Below are positions 53,532 through 64,000 of a stretch of DNA of 64,000 nucleotides, piece by piece. A program made the position numbers and the translations under genes. This stretch comes from Octopus sinensis. Its lineage: Eukaryota. Positions within the stretch are counted from its first letter, which is position 1; each line of letters starts with the position of its first letter. The stretch lies in NCBI RefSeq assembly GCF_006345805.1, contig NC_043004.1, forward strand, positions 12,214,001-12,278,000. The letters are read 5' to 3'. Below the pieces are notes generated by a model, which saw only the letters and a list, made by a program, of their open reading frames with translations, had not been told where the DNA came from and ran no database searches.

Positions 53532-53673
53532 TTTGAAAAATACCTTAGGAATGAGAACCCAGGTTCGAAATTTCCCCAAGACACCTGATGAAGGCTGGAG
53601 GGTATATCAGCCGAAACGTTGTGTTAACAACAAACAAGATGAGGACAAATATCTATCAAATGTAAATAATGTA
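53330..53673 (+). mobile_element. tRNA-headed short retroelement with hammerhead-containing tail and an inverted upstream copy of its 3' end
   Basis: A-box-like 53425-53435, B box 53468-53479, (AAT)n linker, hammerhead core 53580-53625; 53363-53409 is inverted to 53627-53673 (44/47 identical). Confidence 0.8.
53580..53625 (+). ncRNA. Minimal type-I hammerhead ribozyme motif (Penelope-type, predicted dimeric)
   Basis: Stem I GACAC/GTGTT; CTGATGA plus one extra A; stem II GGCTG/CAGCC with 10-nt loop; GAAA; loopless palindromic stem III (AACGTT); predicted site GUU^ at 53620. Confidence 0.7.
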
Positions 53674-56208
53674 TATCAAATCTCTGCTGACCAATACATG
53701 TGGTGCAGACAGCAGATGGACTTGCTGACCAGTGAAATGCATCCCTTATGCAAAAATGAAAAGAGACAGTTCCAGTCTCATCTCAATGACTTGTAGAGAT
53801 GCTGTATTTCATTATATAACCATATTATACTATAAACTATACTAAATGTTCTTATAAGTCAATACCATGTTCTGTTGTGTTAGCAGTGCATTTTACATCA
53901 CTCATTAAGGTTATCATCATCATCATCATCATTGTTTAACGTCCGTTTTCCATGCTAGCATGGGTTGGACGGTTCGACCGGGGTCTGGGAAGCCAGGAGG
54001 CTGCACTAGGCTCCAGTCTGATCTGGCAGTGTTTCTACAACTGGATGCCCTTCCTAACGCCAACCACTCCGTGAGTGTAGTGGTTGCTTTTTATGTGCCA
54101 CCGGCACAGGTGCCAGGGGAGGCTGGCAACGGCCACCTGCAGATATTCAATAGAAATTATAACCAGCACTGATTCTTGTATCAACATTTTGTATTCGAGA
54201 TCTCAGCCATTTACTTCTGACATCTCATATACGAAACATCATATTAAAAAGTAAGTACTGGCTATGATTCTCATAGAATATTTGTGGAGATAACCTTACC
54301 AACCTCATGTTTTCTCAGGCTTCCATCTTATCAAAAGTGGCCTGAGGGAAGACCTAACAGTCCCTCGCCTCTGTCCATTCTTTGAGAGATAGCTTCCTAT
54401 CCATTCATTTCTTGGTAAGACTGTCTTTTCTGGCACAATTTTATTGGGGCTTCTATTTCTTGGAGTTAACTGGTTTTCTGCTTCCTCCAGTTATTCCCAC
54501 TAATCTCATTGCCAGTGTAGTCTAGAAGTATAGCCTATCTATTGCACATGAATTTTAACTATGAAATCTCATGTGGAGCCCCAGGGGTCACATAGACTAC
54601 AATTGAAAACCACGGATTTTGATGATCAGTGAGCCTGCTAGAAACAGCAGCCATCTTATAAAATGGAAGATCACATAAAGCACTATATCTAGAAATAAAA
54701 GATGAAAGAATGGTCACAGGCGCAGGAGTGGCTGTGTGGTAAGTAGCTTGCTTACCAACCACATGGTTCCAGGTTCAGTCCCACTGCGTGGCACCTTGGG
54801 CAAGTGTCTTCTACTATAGCCTCGGGCCGACCAAAGCCTTGTGAGTGGATTTAGTAGACAGAAACTGAAAGAAGCTCATCGTATATTTGTATATATATAT
54901 ATCTGTGTGTATATGTTTGTGTGTCTGTGTTTCTCCCTCCAATATCGCTTGAAAACCAATGCTGGTGTGTTTACCTTCCCATAACTTAGCGGTTCAGCAA
55001 AAGAGACCGATAGAATAAGTACTAGGCTTATAAAGAATAAGTCCTGGGGTGGATTTGCTCAACTAAAGGCTGTGCTCCAGCAAATGACTGAAACAAGTAA
55101 AAGAGAGTAAAAGAGTATAGCTGGAATAACCACTGGCCCAGTTCTAAAGAACTACAATAACAACAGCAACAACATTACCTGTTAACACAGAATCCAAATA
55201 GAACAGGTGTGACAATAATTTACTTAACTCCTCCCAACCATCATCTGTTCTTGATTGTCTGCCTCTCTCTCTCTCTCCCTCTCTCTCATACTCTCCATCT
55301 CTTTCATGCTCCCTTCTTCCCTTTCTACCCTGCTACCAGCTTCTGTTCCCAACCTCACCTCTACCTCCCCCCCCACCACCACACCTTCACTACCATGGAG
55401 CAGCAAATTGTTATTTTGGAATTGTTTATTAAATATTTACACCTGACATCAGATAGCATTTTGCTTTGTTCTATAGACAGACATACAGTGGCTGTGTGGT
55501 AAGAAGTTTGCTTCCCAACCACATGGTTCTAGGTTCAGTCCTACTGTGTGGCACCTTGGGCAAGTGTCTTCTACTATAGCCTCGTGCTGACCAAAGCCTT
55601 GTGAGTGGATTTGGTAGACAGAAACTGAGAAACGCCCATAGTGTGTGTGTGTGTGGGTACATGTGTGTGTGTATGTATATATTTGTGTTTGTGTCTGAGT
55701 TTATCCCCCCACCATCACTTAATATCCGATGTTGGTGTGTTTACATCCCTGTAGCTTAACAGTTCAGCAGAAAAGACCGATAGAATAAGTACTAAGCTTA
55801 CAAAGAATAAGTCCCGGGGTCAATTTGTTTGACTAAAGGTGGTGCTCCAGCATGGCTGCAGTCAAATGAGTGAAACAAGTAAAAGAATAAAAGAATATAC
55901 ATACATGTATATACATACATATATATATATATGTATGTATGTATGTATGTATCCATGTTTTAAGTGTGATGCTTGGTTTTAGCTATATATACATATACAC
56001 ACACGTACACTATATATATATATATAAATATATGCATCATCATCAACATCATTTAACATCCATTCAATGCCATCTTCCAGCTCATTGGATCTTGTTGAAT
56101 CCATCCAACCCATGCTAGCATGGAATATGGACGTAAAGTTATGATAATGATAATTATATACACACTCCTTCACACACACTCATGTGCATACATGCACACA
56201 CACACACA

Positions 56209-56423
56209 CAGGTATGCTGAAAAGTTCCTGGCTTTGAGTAAAAGAAAATGCAGGAGGATCAGTGAATTATGATTTTATCCAATGTAGTCCTCTCTCAGAT
56301 TCACCCACTTGTTACCATGGTCCTTCAGTTTTTCTAAACCCTGTAAAAGAACTCGGAAGGTCAGGCCATCAACCTGACTTTTCGAGATAGCCTTAAAGCC
56401 AGGAACTTTTCATCACCCCCTTG
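56209..56423. mobile_element. Tc1/mariner-type MITE (~215 bp)
   Basis: TIRs tgctgaaaagttcctggcttt / aaagccaggaacttttcatca, followed by TA. Confidence 0.8.
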
Positions 56424-58034
56424 TATATATAAGGAATGCATATATTTGTAGTCAACATCATCATCATTATTGTTTAACGTCCGTTCTCTATGCTGGCATG
56501 TGTTGGACAGTTCGACTGGAGTCTGGGAAGCCAGGAGGCTGCACCAGGCTCCAGTCTGATCTGGCAGTGTTTCTACAGTTGGATGCCCTTTCTAATGCCA
56601 ACCACTCTGGGAGTGTAGTAGGTGCTTCTTTTACGTGCCAGGGACTAGAGGGGGCTGGCATCAACCATAATCAGATGGTGCTTTTTATGTAGCACCAGCA
56701 CAAGAACCAGTCAAGGTGGCGCTGGCATTGGCCAAGTTCAGATGGTGCTTTTTACAAATAAAATAAAATAAAATAAAATGAAATCCAAAATTTTGACATC
56801 ATATCTCTTTGTACTTCTATTTCTGTTTGTATATTGTACATTTCTCTTAGAGAAGGATGAAAGACAAAGTCGACCTTGGTGGAATTTGAACTCAGAATGT
56901 AGCAATGGGAGAAATACCACTAAGCATTTTGCCCAGCATGCTAACGATTCTGCCAGATTGCCAACTTGCCACCTTAACCCACCCTAATATAATATAGGGT
57001 AGCCTCATGCTTCTGTAGCAAGACACCTGTATCTGTCCCTCTGTCAAACCTTAGCCTCTCGACATCTGACATGCCTTCATTCATTCTACTACAACCCCAT
57101 TCAGTCAAGAGTCTTCTCTTTGTCTAAGTTGCTAGGCAACCTTTCTAGTGCCGGTATCATGAAAGAAAGCATCTAGTACATTTTGTAAAGTGGTTTGGAT
57201 TAAGAAGGATATCCAGGCTTGGAAACCATTGCGAAAGAGACAATGGTGCTCTGCACACTTCTTTGGCATATTGGATCATGTCAAACTGTCCAATTCATGA
57301 TAGCATGGAAGACAAATATTAAATGGTGATGAAGATGATGATGGTGGTGGTGGTGGTGGCAGCGGCAGTGGTGATGATGATGATGACAATGGTGATGCAG
57401 CAGCATTTTCCCCTATTCAAAGCCAGAATGAGAGAGCGAGTAACAAAAAGAAAACCCAAAGTACGAATGAAAGAGGAAGAAAAACAATGTTTGGCATGAC
57501 GTGAATGTATTTTGGAATCGTTCATAAATTCACACTACCACTTACTTTTTTCTAATTTTAGGTTTTATATCTCTTACTAATAACACCCCCTTTCAACTTT
57601 CTGTTTTTCTTCATCATTTTTTTTACTCAGACATTATGTGTGGTTTGAGGGAGGTTTGGTTGCAATTTCTGAGAATAGATGTTATATAACTCATCCCTAT
57701 GAGAGTACGAATGATAATATTATGGTTTTGTGCATGATTGCATTGTAGTTTCTCAGTACAAGTCTAGTATAAACACAGCAATTCATATTTATATATGTAC
57801 TTGTGTATATATACATATTTATAAATATATGTATGAATATATGCATGTATATATCCATATATATATATATTTATTTGTGTGTAAAAATATGCATATATCT
57901 ATATATATGTGTGTGTGTGTGTGTGTGTGCATATATATCTATATATTTGAATATGTATTTGTGTGTGTGTGTGTGTGTGAATTGGTACAGCTATCATTAT
58001 CATTGTTTAATATCCTGTTTTCCATGCTGGCACG

Positions 58035-58069
<35 letters not shown>

Positions 58070-58716
58070 ATATGTATGTAAGGAAATCTGTGTTTGTGTG
58101 TGTGTGTGTGTCAGTATTTCTCAAGCAGACTACACTGGTAATACAGAATAGATAGAATCCCGTAAGTCTGTAGGAACTTGTCTGAGATTTCCTGATAATC
58201 TACCTGAAATTCCTCAAGGGATACACAATCCAAACTAAAACAAGTCTGTCTTTGATATTTTCATGTATTTTCGGTCTTATTATTGGAAAATCTTTCTCTG
58301 GTTAGCTTCTTTTCTTTTATATTTACGGGCAAAAACTGTCCAAATAAATATGTGCCTACGATTCTCTGCGTGTATGGGTTTGTGAATACTCACATATTTA
58401 TTTGTATGTTTGTAAATATGTGTTTGTGTGTGTATGCACATGCATGTGCAAATGTGTAGGTGTATATATGTATATGTATGTGTATATATATATATATGTA
58501 TGTGTATATATATATGTATGTGTGTGTGTATATATATATATATACATATGTATATTACATATATGAATATGTGTGTGTGTTTGTGTAGATATATATATAT
58601 ATTTGTATATATATATATATATAGTTGTACATAAATTGCTATATACGAATATACATCTATCCATCTATATACATATAGATAGGTAGATAGATAAAAATAC
58701 AGATCAATTGATATAC

Positions 58717-58748
<32 letters not shown>

Positions 58749-59730
58749 ATGTGTGTGTGTATACATCCATATATATATATATACATCCATATATCTACAA
58801 ATAAATTGATATATATGTATACATGCATAGTATGTAAATATGTATACATGTTTATATATACACACACACACAAACTGATATGCTAAAATGTATTTGTACA
58901 AATGGAATTTATTAATAATATTCATTGGTTCATCCATGCTGTCTTCAGAATAAAATGGTTTCTCTCCTGGTTTTTCTTAGTCAATTACCACGCATTACCA
59001 TACAGTGTGAATTAAATGTCTTTTACTCATAAATGTCCTTCTTACATCATAAATTGGCATTGTTACCGATATTCACTTATTCTTTTTCTTTATTTCAATA
59101 GACTAGCTGTGGCCATGCTGGGGTATTGCCTTGTAGAGTTTATATTGAATCATATCAACCACTGTATTGCTTTTAACAAATCTTTCGGATTTTGTGTTTT
59201 GTTTTTTGGGGAGACAGGGCTTACATGAAAGTACAAATGTGGCTGTGGTGAGAAGTTTGGTTTCCAATCACAGTATTTGTGGTTCAGTCCCAAGCTGTGG
59301 TAGCTGTGGTAGCATATTGGGCAAGTGTCTTCTGCAACTATTTGTGAGTGCATTTGGTTGACGTAAAATGAAAGAAGCCTGTATATATACACACATATAT
59401 AAACTGGCATTTCAGTGATTACAACGATAAGGGTTCCAGTTGATCTGATCAACGGAACAGCTTGCTTGTGAAATTATGGTGCAAGTGGCTGAGCACTCCA
59501 CAGACACACATACCCTTAATGTAGTTCACTGGGAAATTCAGCATGACAAAGACTGTAATAAGGCAGGCCCTTTTGAATTACAGGTACTATACGTTTTTGC
59601 TAGCTGAGTAGATTGGAGAAACATGAAATAAAGTGTCTTGCTCAAGGACAAAATGCATCACCTGGAATTGAATTCATGACCTTATGATCGTGAACCAAAT
59701 ACCCTAGTCACCAAGCCACATATATGCCTT

Positions 59731-59775
<45 letters not shown>

Positions 59776-59820
59776 AGGAAGAGCATCCAGCCATAGAAAC
59801 CATACTGGAGTCTGGTGCAG

Positions 59821-59855
<35 letters not shown>

Positions 59856-61389
59856 AGTGGCTGAGTGATAAGTAGCTTGCTTACAAACTACATGGTTCCG
59901 GGTTCAGTCCTTCTACTATAGCCTCGGGCCCACCAAAGCCTTGTGAGTGGATTTAGTAGACAGAAACTGAAAGAAGCCCATCATATATATATGTATATAG
60001 GAGTGGCTGTGTGGTAGGTAGCTTGCTTATAAACTACATGGTTCCGGGTTAAGTCCCCCCTGCATGGCACCTTGGGTAAGTGTCTTCTACTATAGCCTCG
60101 AGCCAACCAAATCCTTGTGAGTGGATTTGGTAGATGGAAACTGAAGCCCGTCATATATATGTATATGTGTATGTGTTTGTGTGTCTGTGTTTGTCCCCCC
60201 AACATCGCTTGACAACCAATGCTGGTGTGTTTATGTCCCTGTAACATAGCGGTTTGGCAAATGAGACCAATAGAATAAGTACTAGGCTTACAAAGAATAG
60301 GTCCTGGGGTCGATTTGCTTGACCCCACATGGCCACAGTCAAATGACTGAAACAATTCAGTCAGTATTCTTTGTTTCCAATCTTCCACGAAAACATGTCT
60401 GGTCATGTGGGGAAATATTACCTGACTTGAAAACTCTCAAGGGCGGGTGACAAGAAGGGGATCCAGCTCAAGAACATCTCACCAAATTCCATCTGACCTG
60501 TGCAAGACTGGAAATGTGGACATTAAAACAACGATGATGATGATGATGATGATGATGATGACGACGACAACAATGACGGAGATGGTGGTGGCAGTGACGA
60601 TGATGAATACAAGTCGACAAGAAGCTAAACAATACCATCTTAAAGGACTCGTTTAATAATCTCATCCCATGAGCACTGTGCTGATAAAATATAAAATGTG
60701 GTAATGGTCGTAGTTGGAATGACTTTCATCATAGTGAAGGCTGACCTGAGAGTTGAACAATACTGATAACATCCTGCTGTAGAGAACTCTGGACCCCTGG
60801 ATCTTCTGTGGACCAGCATCACAACTAACAATCCTCTCCGGGAAGGTTAAACCGATAAAAGGGTCTCTGTGACTGTCATTCAACATGCTAGAAATAACAA
60901 CCAAATACCCATCAAATCATATCCTCCATCTTAAGAAAAAAATCTTGACATTGGATCATGTGGTCTTCATGAAACATATGAGCTGGTCACAGCTGGAATG
61001 CATTTAGTCCTAGGTTTGCACAATCAAGGATTGCCTGAAGCTAAACAGCAACACTAAAAATATATTTGCTCCTCTCTGTGAAGGGAATAATGAGATATAT
61101 TTACTTGTGTTTATGTTCTATGGTGTGGGTGTCATAAGCGATTTGGCTGAGTACATTAAATTTACCTCAGAAACAATAGTAAAAAATATAAACAAACCTA
61201 ACAGCAGAAAGCTCTCAGTTTATGCATGAGTATATACTCATACATAAATACATACATACATGCATATATATATATATATATATGCACACGCACACACATA
61301 TACACATACACTCATATATTATGGTTCCTCCTTGCCTCGAGCAGGTAGGTCTTCCACTTTTTACACATGCACACACACACATAAACAGA

Positions 61390-61411
61390 GATGATAGATA
61401 GATAAATAGAT

Positions 61412-61447
<36 letters not shown>

Positions 61448-61563
61448 TGATAGATAGAAAGGTAGATAGATAGAAAGATAGATAGATAGATAGATAGAAA
61501 GGTACATAGATAGAAAGGTAGATAGATAGAAAGGTAGATAGAAGGAAAGGTAGATAGATAGAT
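61390..61563 (+). repeat. (GATA)n tetranucleotide repeat with GAAA/GGTA variants
   Basis: Direct inspection. Confidence 0.9.
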
Positions 61564-61606
61564 ACACATGCGCACAGATACATATACACCCTCACACACA
61601 TGCATG

Positions 61607-61675
<69 letters not shown>

Positions 61676-61758
61676 TAAAAGAACCTACACACAATTTATT
61701 AGTATAAGTCTATATATCTCTGAAATTGCATATATATATACATATATATTTGTGTGTG

Positions 61759-61792
<34 letters not shown>

Positions 61793-61800
61793 TGTGTGTG

Positions 61801-61863
<63 letters not shown>

Positions 61864-62550
61864 GTATGTATATATATATGTGTGTGTGTGTGTATATATA
61901 TATGTGTATGTATATATATATGTGTGTGTGTGTGTATATATATATATGTATGTATATATATATGTGTGTATATATATATATGTATGTATATATATATGTA
62001 TGTATATATATATATCATCATCGTATGTGTATATATATATATATTTATGTGTATATATATATATATATGTATATGTATGTATGTATATATGTATGTAATC
62101 TCTCGAATTTCTCTCATACATGTAAAGAAATCAGTAAAAACAGCTTAGCAAACACCCAGAAAAAAACAGCTTGTGGCAGGCAGGTCTTTATATGTTTCAC
62201 TCTGCTTTAACCCCACAGACAAACGTATTACAAGGTTATCTGATACATTTGAACATGTTCAGTTTAATTTATACACAAATGTATGTCTTTGCATAGCGTC
62301 TCTCTTTTCTCTCTTTTTCTCTCCTTCCCCCTAGCATCTCTCTTTTCTTTCTTTTTCTCTCCTTCCCCCTAGTGTCTCTCTTTTCTCTCTTTTTCTCTCC
62401 TTCCCCCACTCATTCTTCAATTTGTCCCTCTGTGTGTGTGTGGGGGGGCATGCGTATATGTATGTGTGTGTGTGTGTGGGCATGCGTATATGTATGTGTG
62501 CGTGCATATGTATTACATGTGTGTATGTACACACACACACACATGTACTG

Positions 62551-62584
<34 letters not shown>

Positions 62585-62952
62585 GCGCACATGTATGTGT
62601 ATGTAATGTATGTAGGGACAATTTTTTTTTAAATATACATCTTAATATTTAAGACATATAAATAAATTTATATAGATAAACATGTAAATACACACTTATA
62701 AATATACATACACACACGTGTGTGTATGTATATATATATATATACACACACATTCACACACATGCATTTATATATAGATATACATGCGTGGATATATAAA
62801 TATATATAAATAGATAGATAGATAGATCGATAGATAGATATAGAGTGAGAGATCTGTACATATGTATGTATGTATATACATATTCACACAAATGCATTTA
62901 TGTTTAGACATACATGCATGGACATATATGTATATAGATGGATAGATGGATT

Positions 62953-62986
<34 letters not shown>

Positions 62987-63125
62987 TATGTATTTATATT
63001 ATATAAATATGCATACACACGCACACACATATTCACATACTCAAATATATATGTGCAAATTCTCACACTCATATATTTGTTTACATACACACAGACACAC
63101 ATTTGTTAATGTGTGACAATGTATG

Positions 63126-63176
<51 letters not shown>

Positions 63177-64000
63177 TATCTACATGTGTGTGCTCTTTAT
63201 TATGTTTATTCATATTTCAAAACAAACTGGACCTCCTAGATTGCTGAAGACATAGAATTACTTGGGTACAGCTTGGGTTTCACTGGGTTCTCACTTAAAC
63301 ACACAGGGGAGCATTGTGTACGTTTGCATAAAACCAATCTCACTTCATGCCTTGTATATATTTCTGCACATGATCGCATATAAATACACGCATGCATATA
63401 CATATATAGCTGTGTGTGTTTGTATGTTTGTATGGGTAATATATATATATATGTATATATATATATATTTATATGTATATATATATTTATATGTATATAT
63501 ATATTTATATGTATATATATATTTATATGTATATATATGACTATATGTAACATGGCTACATAAGGGTAGTAAGAAATTGTATAAATTTCATAAATATAAC
63601 ATAACATATAGAAGGATTTTATAAAGAAATCATTATTCTTGTTGTTATTTCTGTAGTTTAGTGTGTGTGTATCTGTGTGTGTGTGCGTGTGCGTGTGTGT
63701 GTGTGTGTGTGTTGATATCTGATTGGTCTTGATATATGCACAACCATAATTCTTGTTGTCATCATTATATTACATCTGTTTTTCATGCTGCTGTTGGTTG
63801 AACACACACATGCACATATATATATACACACACTTATACACACACATATTTATAAAGAGAGAGAGAGAGAAAGAATGGTGGGGGTGAAAGAGAATATAAA
63901 AGAATTTGCACAAAGCAAATATGGATACTCAGTAGAGTTTGTGCATGTGTGTGTGTAGTGGTAGAATACCTTTTCTATCCCCTACACTCTTTGATATATA

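Noticed and set aside
31436-64000. Next semaphorin exon (expected C..KGK...DC.NHIR-like motif)
   Set aside because: No splice-bounded segment with this motif was found by eye; it probably lies beyond the window, though a small exon could have been missed.

Overview
AT-rich, microsatellite-saturated eukaryotic DNA. The tRNA-derived SINE families, RTE/CR1/Dong LINE debris and (TA)n/(ATC)n/(ATT)n density suggest an Octopus-type cephalopod genome (inference). Almost all listed ORFs are artefacts of simple repeats or SINEs. The only host coding sequence found is two small, phase-compatible + strand exons (10312-10408, 31390-31435) about 21 kb apart. Spliced, they encode the start of a Sema domain most like invertebrate semaphorin-2, so the window is probably mostly intron. 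The rest is TE-derived. The most notable observation is a tRNA-headed short element with a complete minimal type-I hammerhead-ribozyme fold and a Penelope-like inverted terminus (53330-53673, decayed second copy near 50.2 kb), plus other degenerate hammerhead-like repeats. Also seen: head/tail-shuffled SINEs, SINE-born minisatellites, a 27/162-bp higher-order repeat, perfect hairpins and a ~936-bp near-identical tandem duplication. Family names come from recalled motifs, not database searches; TE boundaries are approximate.
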